Assembly: GCA_038227745.1 (NCBI GenBank)
Contig: JBBRPS010000052.1
Location: 1 to 22,108 of the forward strand
From: Gemmatales bacterium
GTDB lineage: Bacteria; Planctomycetota; Planctomycetia; Gemmatales; Gemmataceae
DNA length: 22,108 nt
Direction of reading: 5' to 3'
Below, piece by piece: positions 10,382-18,714 of this stretch (the stretch's first letter is position 1; every line of letters begins with the position of its first letter). The position numbers and the translations under genes were made by a program. The notes under the pieces are model-generated. The model was not told the origin of the DNA. It saw only the letters and a list, made by a program, of their open reading frames with translations, and did not search any database.

Positions 10382-11479
10382 CTACGTGGTTTGCGGGTTC
10401 GTGGCCGGCGTTGTGGTGAAGCTGAAGTTCACCGTTGCCGTCTGGACCGTGGTGGTGAGCTGCACGGTCTGCGACGACTGGTTGGTCGTGGTGTCGGTCG
10501 GCGGCACCGCGGTGACGGCGTACGCGGAGTACTGGCCGAAGTTGGTCGCCAGGTCGTTGAACGAGTAGTTGCCGTTCTGGTCCGTGTAGGTGAAGACCTC
10601 GTCGCCATCGAGCACGCCGTCGTGGTTGGCGTCGAGGAAAATCTGGACGCCCACCTGCGGGACCCCGTTGACGGTGACCGTCCCCTGGATGACGCCACTC
10701 GACGACGGCAGCTGGCTGGCGCCGGAGCTGGAGTTGGGGCCGGCGGCGGGCGCCCACTCCTCGAAGCCGCCGTTGCCCGCCAGGTTGACGCCGAACTTGG
10801 AGTACAGAGAGACGTACGGGTCGGTGCCGGTGAAGAGGGAGTCGGGCACGTACAGCAGCATGTCGCCCGAGCCGCTGCCGTGCGTCAGGCGGGCGTCGAG
10901 CTTGACCCAGTTGTCCACGCCGCCCGCGTCCAGGTCGTAGACCGGCGCCAGCCCCCCGAGCGTGTGGGCGCTGGCGTCGTAGCCCGACAGGTTCGGGGCG
11001 CCGCCGACGTACAGGCGCAGCTCATCGAGCGAGAGCAGGGGTTGCGAGCTCTTCTGGTTGATGTCGAGGAGGAAGACGCGGTAGAAGACGCCGCCGGCGT
11101 CCACCTTGGGCAGCTCATCGAGCTTCAGCGAGCGCGTGAAGGTCGGGCTCTTGTTCTCGTCGAACTGCAGGGGGCGGTTGTCGGTGTTGTAGCCCTGCTG
11201 GACGGTCTGCTTCGCGCCCTGCGCCTGCAGCCGGACGAAAGAATGGATCACGCCGGAGCCGGTGGGCTGGGTGGGGGTCTGGGCGAAGATCGCCCCGTTG
11301 ATGGAACCGCTGGCGCCCGCCGTGGTCAGGTCGAGCGGTGCGGCGCTCGGGACGGTCCGTTCCTCGAGGGATTCCAGCTGCAGTTGGGCCTTGGCGGGGG
11401 CCGGTTTCGTGCGCCGCGGGCGTTCGGACCGCAGCCAGCGCTTGAAAGACAACCAATCTTGCCAACGAGAGCCACTCAT
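10382..11479 (-). CDS. Secreted protein with a planctomycete-type N-terminal leader (…AKAQLQLESLEERTVPS…) and a C-terminal SdrD-B-like / Cna-B-type Ca-binding beta-sandwich domain, 365 aa.
   Basis: Start at MSGSRWQDWL (RBS GGAGGAACGGAG immediately upstream), not at the 11644 ORF start. The C-terminus reads GVIQGTVTVNGVPQVGVQIFLDANHDGVLDGDEVFTYTDQNGNYSFNDL, the DxNxDGxxD signature of SdrD B-like domains. The protein is Thr/Ser/Gly-rich and looks extracellular. Confidence 0.7.
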   Translation of the reverse strand: MSGSRWQDWLSFKRWLRSERPRRTKPAPAKAQLQLESLEERTVPSAAPLDLTTAGASGSINGAIFAQTPTQPTGSGVIHSFVRLQAQGAKQTVQQGYNTDNRPLQFDENKSPTFTRSLKLDELPKVDAGGVFYRVFLLDINQKSSQPLLSLDELRLYVGGAPNLSGYDASAHTLGGLAPVYDLDAGGVDNWVKLDARLTHGSGSGDMLLYVPDSLFTGTDPYVSLYSKFGVNLAGNGGFEEWAPAAGPNSSSGASQLPSSSGVIQGTVTVNGVPQVGVQIFLDANHDGVLDGDEVFTYTDQNGNYSFNDLATNFGQYSAYAVTAVPPTDTTTNQSSQTVQLTTTVQTATVNFSFTTTPATNPQTT

Positions 11480-11845
11480 CTCCGTTCCTCCGAAAAGAAC
11501 CGGGCGGGCGCACCCGACCCGGCGACCGTTAATCCCGGCAAGCCCGCGACGCACGCCGTTCCGCGCGGCGCGTCGCCACCTGGGCGACCGGGCTGTAGAA
11601 GACCTTTGGCAGGGCAGACCCGGCAGGATGGCGGACGATCCCAAATGATCGCACCGTGGTTTGCCGTCTCACCCGTGGGGGGCGGTGGCGCAGCTACCGC
11701 GCCGGTGCAGAGGCCGGTCACACGACCGGCCCGTTGAGGGGAGGGCAACGCCGCCGAACACATCCGGGGGAACCGGGAGGGAGTGGTCAGACAACCGCTT
11801 CGCAGGAAATATGGGAGAGGTTTGCCGCGTTGTCAAATCGGCGGC

Positions 11846-11872
11846 GCGAGAAAACGCCGTGGGGCGCCCGGC
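11846..11872 (-). terminator. GC-rich hairpin (CGCCG…GGGCGCCC…CGGCG) followed on the minus strand by TTTTCTCG. It lies just downstream of the pseudouridine synthase stop.
   Basis: Seen in sequence. The stem is short and nested and the T-run is modest. Confidence 0.3.
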
Positions 11873-11878
11873 GAACCG

Positions 11879-12895
11879 TTACGATTCGTCCTCCGCGTCG
11901 GCCCGGTGCCGGCGGCGCAACCGCTTCAACAGGGCGGCCATGTCGGGCGGCAGCGGCGCCGTCCACGACAGGTGCGCGCCGGTCACCGGGTGTTCCAGGC
12001 CGAGGCTGGCCGCGTGCAGCATCGGGCGGGCGGCGGCGCTGGCGTCGGGCAGTGGCCGGCCGTGCCGCGGCCGGTCGTAGACGCGCTCGCCGCACAGCGG
12101 CGTCCCCCGCTCGCCGAGGTGGATGCGTACCTGGTGCGTCCGTCCGGTCTCGAGCCGGCACTCCACGAGCGCGAAGTCGCCCAGGTCCTCGACGACGCGG
12201 ACGTGCGTCACCGCCCGCTGGCCCGCGCCCGGTTGGTCGGTGCTGCCGCGGCGGCCGTCGCCGCGGTCGGGGACGAGGTGCGACTCGATGCGCCCCGACT
12301 TCGGCCGGCCGCGCACCAGCGCGAGGTAACGCCGTTCGATCGTGTGCGCCCGGAACTGCTCGCCGAGTCGGCGCTCGGCCTCGGGGGTGCGCGCGAAGAC
12401 GACGAGGCCGCTCGTGTCCTTGTCGAGGCGGTGAACGGCGCGGACGCGGCCTTTCGTCTCCTTCTCCTGGGCGAGGAGTTCCGGCAGGAGATCTTGCAGT
12501 GTTTCGGGGAGGAAGCGGCGGCCGCGGGGGCCGAACTCGGCGGCCTCGTGGGCGTGGCGCATGGTGGTCAGGCCCGGCGGCTTGTCCACGACGACGAGGT
12601 GCGCGTCGGCGTGGCGGATCGCGGCGGCGCTCCGTTGTCCGTTGTCCGTTGTCCGTCGTGGGCGGGGGGCTTTTTTCTCCGTGGGGCGCGGCGCCTCGAC
12701 GATGTCCGCCTCGACGGCCTGGCCGGGGGACACGCGCCAGGACGGGTTGCGACAGAGGTTGCCCGCGAGGCGGACGCGGCACTGGCGGACGAGGTCGCGC
12801 GCGGCCGCGGCGGAGAGGTGGAGGTGGGCCTTGAGCAGCGCAGCGACCGTCCGCCCGGACTCTTTACGGGAGACAACGAAGCGCCGCGTGGCCAT
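11879..12895 (-). CDS. RluA-family 23S rRNA pseudouridine synthase (RluC/RluD-like) with an N-terminal S4 RNA-binding domain, 338 aa.
   Basis: The catalytic motif HRLDKDTSGLVVFART sits downstream of an S4-like N-terminus (RTVAALLKAHLHLSAAAARDLVRQCRVRLAGN), and …TGRTHQIRIHL is present. An unusual linker (…RRTTDNGQRS…) is encoded by a heptamer repeat. Confidence 0.85.
   Translation of the reverse strand: MATRRFVVSRKESGRTVAALLKAHLHLSAAAARDLVRQCRVRLAGNLCRNPSWRVSPGQAVEADIVEAPRPTEKKAPRPRRTTDNGQRSAAAIRHADAHLVVVDKPPGLTTMRHAHEAAEFGPRGRRFLPETLQDLLPELLAQEKETKGRVRAVHRLDKDTSGLVVFARTPEAERRLGEQFRAHTIERRYLALVRGRPKSGRIESHLVPDRGDGRRGSTDQPGAGQRAVTHVRVVEDLGDFALVECRLETGRTHQVRIHLGERGTPLCGERVYDRPRHGRPLPDASAAARPMLHAASLGLEHPVTGAHLSWTAPLPPDMAALLKRLRRRHRADAEDES
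12631..12658. repeat. Heptanucleotide microsatellite (TCCGTTG) x3 plus one imperfect copy (TCCGTCG), inside the pseudouridine synthase CDS.
   Basis: Seen in sequence: tccgttgtccgttgtccgttgtccgtcg. The unit length is 7, so it is not a multiple of 3. Confidence 0.7.
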
Positions 12896-12917
12896 CGGTT
12901 TGCTCGGGACGTTCCGA

Positions 12918-12995
12918 GTTTAGCCGCGAGCGGTGAGCCAGATCCCGCGCTCGCCCCCCGCATAGCGGGATCTGACTCACCGCTCGCGGCTAAAC
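12918..12995. repeat. Palindromic extragenic repeat, long form: GTTTAGCCGCGAGCGGTGAGCCAGATCCCGC, a 16-nt loop, then GCGGGATCTGACTCACCGCTCGCGGCTAAAC.
   Basis: Seen in sequence. The 31-nt arms are reverse complements with one mismatch. It abuts the stop codon of the 12996-14318 gene and lies 22 bp from the rluA-like start. Its termini are shared with the 6712 and 14401 elements. Confidence 0.6.
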
Positions 12996-14318
12996 TCAGG
13001 GCCTGGTGAAGAGGCTGTCTTCCAGGCGGTTGAAGTAGTGCGTCTCGGTCGTTTCCAGGTCCATGAACAGTTGCCCGTCGCGGTAGAGGCTGGAGCGCAT
13101 CGACAGGCGCAGGCCCTCGATGGCGAGGCGCCGCCAACCCTGCTTGAGGTAGGCGCCGCCGTCCTTGCCGAGCGCCGCCTCGGCGAACGCCCGCCGCTTG
13201 GCGTCGCGGTCCTTCAGCGCCTTGACGAGCACCGGATCCTGTTTGTCCGGGGCGCCGGCGACCGCGGCCAGGGCGCCCTTCACCTCGCGCGTCACCGTCT
13301 CGTCGGGCGCCCACGGCGCGTAATCCAGCAGCACCTCCGCCGCCCCCGCCGGGCGCCGCAGCGCCACCAGGCGCACCACCGACGCGGCCAGCGTTTGCTC
13401 CTGGTTGATGTGCTCCAGGCACTGCTCCGCCCGCCGCGCCACCTCGCGGTCCGCGTCGCGCAGCGCGTCGCGCAGCAGCGCCGCCGCCTTGACGCCCGCC
13501 GCCTTGAGCGCCGCCGTCGCCCGCTGCCGCACGCTGAACGACTTGTGCCCGAGCTTGATGACCAGGTCCTTGAGCCGGACCTGCTCCTTCTCGTCGGGCG
13601 TCTGCCGGCGCAGGAAGTCCAGCAGGGCCGGGCCGTCCACGGCGACCTTCGCCCCCTTGAGGATCTGCACGTCTACCTCGGCGGGGTCGAGCACGCGATA
13701 ATCGAGGTGGTAAACCTCCTGCAAGACCTCGCGGTTGAGGTTCGGGTCCATCACGCGGTTGGCCGACTTGGCGAGCAGGCCGGTCTCCCTGTCGAACCAG
13801 AGGGAGACGTCCGGCTTGCCTTCCTTCTGCACCTTCAGACCGTGGCACGCGGTGCCCTTGACCTGGCTCTCGCCAAGGGAGGTCAGGGTGTAGCCCTTGT
13901 CCTTGACGAGTGTGACGAGGCTGCAGACGCGGTCGGCGTAGGCGGACTTGCGGATGCGGTCGAGGAAGGCGGCGTCGAGGTCGTAGGTGACGCCGTCGTA
14001 GCTGATCCAGCCCTTGTCGTCGCCGACCATCACGAGGGTGCGCGTGGCGGACACGTCCTTGATGGTGCCGCGCAGGGTGATGCGGCGGCGGTTGCCGGTT
14101 TCGCTGAAGCTCTCGCCGGTGAAAGTGAAACCGTCGGTGTGGAAGGTGCCCTTGCTCTTGCGGTAGGCGGCGACCTTCAGGTTGAGCTTGTCCAGGCCGC
14201 CCATGGCCTTGATGGCCTTCTCGATGAGGGCGCGCGGCTCCGGCTGCTGGGCGCGGGCGGCGGTCCCCAGCCCAAGCAAGAGCGCGCCGGCCAGCACGGA
14301 CGACAGGAACTTGCCCAT
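12996..14318 (-). CDS. Secreted or periplasmic protein: signal peptide, an N-terminal domain I read (unverified) as LolA/RseB-like beta-sheet, and C-terminal HEAT / PBS-lyase-like repeats; 440 aa.
   Basis: The leader is MGKFLSSVLAGALLLGLGTAARAQ. The C-terminal half has repeated …LRDALRDADREVARRAEQCL… / …LVKALKDRDAKRRAFAEAAL… units. The RBS GGAGGG is 5 nt upstream of the ATG. Confidence 0.7.
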   Translation of the reverse strand: MGKFLSSVLAGALLLGLGTAARAQQPEPRALIEKAIKAMGGLDKLNLKVAAYRKSKGTFHTDGFTFTGESFSETGNRRRITLRGTIKDVSATRTLVMVGDDKGWISYDGVTYDLDAAFLDRIRKSAYADRVCSLVTLVKDKGYTLTSLGESQVKGTACHGLKVQKEGKPDVSLWFDRETGLLAKSANRVMDPNLNREVLQEVYHLDYRVLDPAEVDVQILKGAKVAVDGPALLDFLRRQTPDEKEQVRLKDLVIKLGHKSFSVRQRATAALKAAGVKAAALLRDALRDADREVARRAEQCLEHINQEQTLAASVVRLVALRRPAGAAEVLLDYAPWAPDETVTREVKGALAAVAGAPDKQDPVLVKALKDRDAKRRAFAEAALGKDGGAYLKQGWRRLAIEGLRLSMRSSLYRDGQLFMDLETTETHYFNRLEDSLFTRP

Positions 14319-14400
14319 GACAACCCTCCGAGGTGTGGAATCCCGAACCGCGGCCCTCAGAGGTTAGGGTAAAGCAGCGGGGGGACGGAGTCAACGAGTT

Positions 14401-14437
14401 CCGTTTAGCCGCGGTTCTGCGAACCGCGGCTAAACGG
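14401..14437. repeat. Palindromic extragenic repeat, minimal form: CC-GTTTAGCCGCGGTTC-TGC-GAACCGCGGCTAAAC-GG, a perfect 17-bp stem.
   Basis: Seen in sequence. It lies between the ftsK stop (14446) and the start of the upstream gene (14318). Confidence 0.65.
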
Positions 14438-14445
14438 GTCGGGCA

Positions 14446-16692
14446 TCAGCCGCTCTTCTTGACTTCCTCCCAGTGCTCCGGCGTGTACAGCACCTCGCGG
14501 GCGTTGCTGCCGTTGTACGGGCCGACGATGCTGTCCTCCGCCATGAAGTCGATGAAGCGTGCCGCCTTGCCGTAGCCGATCGCCATGGCCCGCTGCAGCA
14601 GCGACACACTGCCGCGCCCCTCGCGCACCACAATCTCCACCGCCTGCTCGTACAGCGGGTCGCGCTCGCGCAGCCGCTCCAGGAAACCGCCCTCGCCGGC
14701 CCCGGCGGTCCGCAGCTCCAGCAGCTCCTGCGCGTAGCACGGCTCGCACTCCAGGTGCTTCACCACGCGCGAGATCTCGCCGTCGCTGGCGTAGGTGCCC
14801 TGGGCCCGCACCAGCGAACTCGTCCCCGGCTGCAGGAACAGCATGTCGCCCTTGCCGAGCAGCTTGTCGGCGCCCATCTCGTCCAGCACCACGCGGCTGT
14901 CCGTCCGGCACGACACCTGGAAGCAGATGCGCGCCGGCAGGTTCGACTTGATCAGGCCCGTGATGACGTCCACCGTCGGCTTCTGCGTCGCCACGATCAG
15001 GTGAATCCCCGCGGCCCGCGACTTCTGCGCCAGGCGGATAATATGGCTCTCCATCTCGCGCTTCATCTGCATCATCAGGTCGCCGACCTCGTCCACGATC
15101 AGAACGATGTACGGCATCCGCTCGGGGATCTGGTCGCGCTCGTGATCGTCGGCGGGCCGGACGCGGCGCAGCACCTCCTCCTTGCCCAGCTCGTTGTACG
15201 CCGCGATGTTCCGCACCCGCGCCCGGCTGAGGAGGTCGTAGCGCTCCTCCATCTTGTCCACCGCCCACGACAGGATCGCCTCGGCCTTCTTGGCGTCGAG
15301 GACGACCGGGTGCATCAGGTGCGGCAGCTTGCCGAACTCGATCAGCTCGGTGCGCTTGGGGTCGATCAGGATCAGCTTCACCTGGTCGGGGCGGCGCGTC
15401 ATCAAAATGCTGAGGATGACCGCGTTGAGGCAGACCGACTTGCCGGTGCCGGTGCGGCCGGCGATGAGCAGGTGCGGCATCTCGGCGAGATCGTGGACGA
15501 GCGGCCGGCCCTCGGTGTCCTTGCCGAGGAAGAGGGGGATGCGGGCCTTGACCACCTTCTTACCGGCGCCGAGGATGACGTCCTTGAGGCGGACCTCGGC
15601 GCGGTGCTCGTTGGGCACCTCGACGCCGACGGTATTCTTGCCGGGGATCGGCGCGACGATGCGCACGCTCGGCACACACAGGTTCAGGGCGATGTCGTCG
15701 CCCAGGCCGGTGACCTTGTTGACGCGCAGGCCCGTCTCCAGGGCGATCTCGTACTGCGAGATGACCGGGCCGGTGTTGATGCCGACGACGCGGACGTTCA
15801 GACCGAAGTCGGTGAACGTCTTTTCCAGCAGGGCGGCCTGGTCGCGCAGGTGCTGGTCGTGCTCGTCGTAGGGAAAGGGAGCGGCGTCCTCCAGGAGCGA
15901 GAGCGGCGGCAGCTCGTAGTCGTCGAAGCTCGGCTCCTCGGACGCCGGGCCGGGGCGGACAATGCGTAACGGCGGCACCGCGGTCGGCTCGGGGCGCTTC
16001 TTGCCCGGCGTGGTCGGGGCGGGTGCCGCCGCCGACACGACGGAATGGCGGATCGGGATGGCCGCATCGTCCGGCGACGCCTCCTCGTCGGGCTCGCTCT
16101 CCGCGCCGGGCTCGTCCCGCGCGGGCTCGGGGCCGGCCTTCACGGCGGCGAGGCCGGCGAAAGCCCGCGCAGCCCAGCGGCAGGTCCGCCACAGCAGGCG
16201 GAGCGAGCGGACGAGGACGGCATCGGCGGCGAGGGCGAGGGCGAGCAGGGCGACGCCCGCGACGAGGAAGAAGCGGGCCGCCGGCTCGAAATGGTCCTCC
16301 AGCCAGGCGCCGACCCAGGCGCCGAGCGCGCCGCCGCTGCCGGCGAGGACGTCCGGGCCGAGGGCGTCGGCGATGACCGCGGCACAGGGCACGAGCAGCA
16401 GCCAGCCCGCGAGCCGCCGGGACCAGGTGAAAAGGCACTGGCGCAGGAAGAGCAGTAACACCAGCACGAACCAGGTCGCAAGCAGGGGGTAGACGGCGGC
16501 GCCGAGGGCGTCGTAGAGTGCCTCCGCCAGCCAGGCGCCGGGGGCGCCGAGAAGGTTGGTCGGCTCGGGCGGTGGGTAGAGCAGGGCGGCGGACGGCGCC
16601 TCCTGGGTGAGGACGCACACGGCGACGAGGAAGCCGGCGAGCAGCAGCCCCCAGGCGAGGAAATCGAGGTGCGCGCCGCGGCGGTCGGCCAT
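14446..16692 (-). CDS. ftsK: DNA translocase FtsK/SpoIIIE: N-terminal TM helices, linker, AAA+ motor and a C-terminal gamma winged-helix; about 749 aa.
   Basis: Motor motifs …LIAGRTGTGKSVCLNAVILSIL… (Walker A) and …VLIVDEVGDLMM… (Walker B). The gamma domain is …GSVSLLQRAMAIGYGKAARFIDFMAEDSIVGPYNGSNAREVL. I chose the start at MADRRGAHLDFLAWGLLL (GGAG 9 nt upstream) because the remaining ORF extension to 17205 is R/P-rich; the start is uncertain. Confidence 0.85.
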   Translation of the reverse strand: MADRRGAHLDFLAWGLLLAGFLVAVCVLTQEAPSAALLYPPPEPTNLLGAPGAWLAEALYDALGAAVYPLLATWFVLVLLLFLRQCLFTWSRRLAGWLLLVPCAAVIADALGPDVLAGSGGALGAWVGAWLEDHFEPAARFFLVAGVALLALALAADAVLVRSLRLLWRTCRWAARAFAGLAAVKAGPEPARDEPGAESEPDEEASPDDAAIPIRHSVVSAAAPAPTTPGKKRPEPTAVPPLRIVRPGPASEEPSFDDYELPPLSLLEDAAPFPYDEHDQHLRDQAALLEKTFTDFGLNVRVVGINTGPVISQYEIALETGLRVNKVTGLGDDIALNLCVPSVRIVAPIPGKNTVGVEVPNEHRAEVRLKDVILGAGKKVVKARIPLFLGKDTEGRPLVHDLAEMPHLLIAGRTGTGKSVCLNAVILSILMTRRPDQVKLILIDPKRTELIEFGKLPHLMHPVVLDAKKAEAILSWAVDKMEERYDLLSRARVRNIAAYNELGKEEVLRRVRPADDHERDQIPERMPYIVLIVDEVGDLMMQMKREMESHIIRLAQKSRAAGIHLIVATQKPTVDVITGLIKSNLPARICFQVSCRTDSRVVLDEMGADKLLGKGDMLFLQPGTSSLVRAQGTYASDGEISRVVKHLECEPCYAQELLELRTAGAGEGGFLERLRERDPLYEQAVEIVVREGRGSVSLLQRAMAIGYGKAARFIDFMAEDSIVGPYNGSNAREVLYTPEHWEEVKKSG

Positions 16693-17032
16693 GTCGGGAA
16701 CTCCGGGTGCGGTCTCCGAGGGGCAGCGCCTGGTAGGGCGCATCATGGGTCTATCATCGCCGAGGGCCGCCCCGATTCGCTGGGAAAACCGCGGAAACGG
16801 CGCCTCACGCAACGATGTCAAGGGGCACAACAAGCAGGATCGATATTCCCGGCATCGCGCTCTTCGAGGCGCTGCGCCAGCTGCATACGTGGTAAAGTCG
16901 GCGGGCGGGCGAAGCTGCGGGGCGGCCTCGGGGTGGACCCGGGCGCCGCGGGGACCGATGAAAGAGCGGGCGTGTTCGCGTGACTCGCCCAGGCTGTGCA
17001 TCTGTCCCCGCCCACGGAGGCCCCCAACCCGC

Positions 17033-17323
17033 ATGGACGTTGTATCCCTCCCGACGCTCGACGAGCTGCGCCGCCACGTCCTGCGGACGCTGTGCTCGAA
17101 GGACCACCTCGACCCCGCCCAGACGCCGCTGCTGCAGTCGATCGTGACGCGCCGCGGTCGGCCGTGTGGCCTGTTCTTCCAGGTGCAGGGGCCGCGCATG
17201 CTCAAGACGTACGCCGTCTGGGCCGGCGAGGAGAACCGCCTGCTCTTCTACGACTCGACCGGCGTGCGCTTCGCGGAGTGCCGCCTGAGCGAGGGGCCCG
17301 ACCCGCTCAAGCTGGCGGCGTGA
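17033..17323 (+). CDS. Hypothetical protein, 96 aa.
   Basis: MDVVSLPTLDELRRHVLRTLCSKDHLDPAQTPLLQSIVTRRGRPCGLFFQVQGPRMLK… has balanced composition, and the SD ACGGAGG is about 11 nt upstream. The upstream part of the 16607 ORF is Arg-rich junk. I recognise no family. It occupies the slot upstream of rpmF where yceD/DUF177 often sits, but it does not resemble YceD. Confidence 0.5.
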   Translation: MDVVSLPTLDELRRHVLRTLCSKDHLDPAQTPLLQSIVTRRGRPCGLFFQVQGPRMLKTYAVWAGEENRLLFYDSTGVRFAECRLSEGPDPLKLAA

Positions 17324-17391
17324 GCCCCTCCCCGCTCGCCTGTTTCACCGCCGCGGCACTGGCCGCTCGGGGGGGCGCCCGTTACCTTATC

Positions 17392-17421
17392 TTGACAGGG
17401 GTTAACCCCTCGGCCTACGAT
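17392..17421 (+). promoter_or_regulatory. Sigma70-like promoter of rpmF-plsX. The -35 is TTGACA (17392-17397), the spacer is 18 nt and the -10 is TACGAT (17416-17421). The spacer contains a perfect 12-bp palindrome, GGGGTTAACCCC (17398-17409).
   Basis: Seen in sequence: consensus -35, a TAnnnT -10, and a dyad that exactly fills the spacer, which is an operator-like arrangement. Confidence 0.45.
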
Positions 17422-17468
17422 GGCATGCTTTACCCATTTTGCTCCGCATAGCGAAGGCAGAAACGCTT

Positions 17469-17654
17469 ATGGCTGTTCCGAAGCGACGGACTTCCCGCTC
17501 CCGGCAGGGCATGCGGCGAAGCCACCAGCACCTGACCCCCAAGCAGGTCCAGTACTGCGGCCAGTGCAACGAACCCGTGCTGCCGCACCGCGTCTGCTCG
17601 AACTGCGGTTACTACCAGGGCCGTGAAGTCGTGGCCCCGGAACAGGAGAAGTGA
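17469..17654 (+). CDS. rpmF: 50S ribosomal protein L32, 61 aa.
   Basis: [23 protein letters not shown]…[25 protein letters not shown] is the canonical L32 N-terminus with the zinc-ribbon Cys pairs. The start is the internal ATG of the listed ORF, with an AAGG-type SD upstream. Confidence 0.95.
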   Translation: MAVPKRRTSRSRQGMRRSHQHLTPKQVQYCGQCNEPVLPHRVCSNCGYYQGREVVAPEQEK

Positions 17655-17658
17655 TCCC

Positions 17659-18672
17659 ATGCAGATCGCGCTGGACGCGATGGGCGGCGACCACGCCCCC
17701 GGTCCGATCGTCGCCGGCGCCGTGCAGGCCGTCCAGGCCGACCCCGACCTGCGGGTCGTCCTGGTCGGCGACCGCGCGCAGATCGAACCGCTCCTGCCGG
17801 CCGACGCCCCGCGCGACCGCCTGGACCTCTTCCACTGCACCCAGGTCGTGACGATGGAGGAGGCCCCGGTCGTCGCCATGCGCAAGAAGCCGGACAACTC
17901 CATCAGCCGCTGCTGGGAGCTGCTGGCCGGCCGCAAGGTCGATGCCATCGTCAGCGCCGGCAACACCGGCGCCATGGTCGCCGGCGGCCTGCGCCTGCGC
18001 CTGTTCCTGAAGAACGTCCGCCGGCCCGGCATCGCCGCCGTCATGCCGACCCTGCGCGGCCCGTGCGTCCTCCTCGACGTCGGCGCCAACGTCAGCCCCA
18101 AGCCCGAACACCTGTACCAGTACGGCGTCATGGGCAGCATCTTCGCGAAGTACATCCTGCAGCGCGAGCGGCCGACGATCGGGCTGATGAACGTCGGCTC
18201 GGAGGAGCAGAAGGGCCACGACCTCGCCAAGGAGACGCACGCCCTGTTCAACGCCAGCCCGCTGCGCGAGCGCTTCATCGGCAACGTCGAGGGGCGCGAC
18301 ATCAACAAGGGCGTGTGCGACGTGATCGTCACCGATGGCTTCGTCGGTAACGTCGTCCTGAAGGTGTGCGAAGGCGTGTTCGACTTCGCGATGAAGATGA
18401 CCGCCAGGGAGTTGCTGACCGTCCTGAGCACCGAGCGCGAACAGGCGCAGCGGGCGCTGAAGGCGCTGGTGGACCGCTACGACTACGCCGAGCACGGCGG
18501 CGCCCCGCTGCTGGGCATTGATGGGATCGCGATCATCTGTCACGGCTCGTCGGGCGACCGGGCGATCAAGAACGCGCTCGCCGTCGCGGCCCGCTACGCC
18601 AACGCCCGTCTCAACGCCATGATCGTGCAGGAGTTGGAGTCGAGCCCGGCGACGGCAACTGGCGACGAGTAG
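17659..18672 (+). CDS. plsX: Phosphate acyltransferase PlsX, 337 aa.
   Basis: MQIALDAMGGDHAP…SAGNTGAMVAGG…LLDVGANV…GNVEGRDI…DGFVGNVVLK…ICHGSSGDRAIKNA carries the PlsX hallmarks. The RBS AGGAGAA is upstream, and the canonical rpmF-plsX linkage is present (established knowledge). Confidence 0.95.
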   Translation: MQIALDAMGGDHAPGPIVAGAVQAVQADPDLRVVLVGDRAQIEPLLPADAPRDRLDLFHCTQVVTMEEAPVVAMRKKPDNSISRCWELLAGRKVDAIVSAGNTGAMVAGGLRLRLFLKNVRRPGIAAVMPTLRGPCVLLDVGANVSPKPEHLYQYGVMGSIFAKYILQRERPTIGLMNVGSEEQKGHDLAKETHALFNASPLRERFIGNVEGRDINKGVCDVIVTDGFVGNVVLKVCEGVFDFAMKMTARELLTVLSTEREQAQRALKALVDRYDYAEHGGAPLLGIDGIAIICHGSSGDRAIKNALAVAARYANARLNAMIVQELESSPATATGDE

Positions 18673-18714
18673 AATCGTTGGCCTCCAGGTGTCCGTTGCC
18701 TTGTGGAGCGACTT

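Noticed and set aside
12631-12658. The heptamer repeat as a programmed phase-variation switch.
   Set aside because: It sits in a housekeeping rRNA-modification gene, not a surface or virulence gene. It is reported only as a slippage-prone site.
16693-17205. The long N-terminal extension of the ftsK ORF, MSMRGPCTWKNRPHG….
   Set aside because: It is Arg/Pro/Ser-rich and non-protein-like. FtsK membrane helices start right after MADRRG at 16692, and the extension overlaps the better-supported + strand 96-aa gene.
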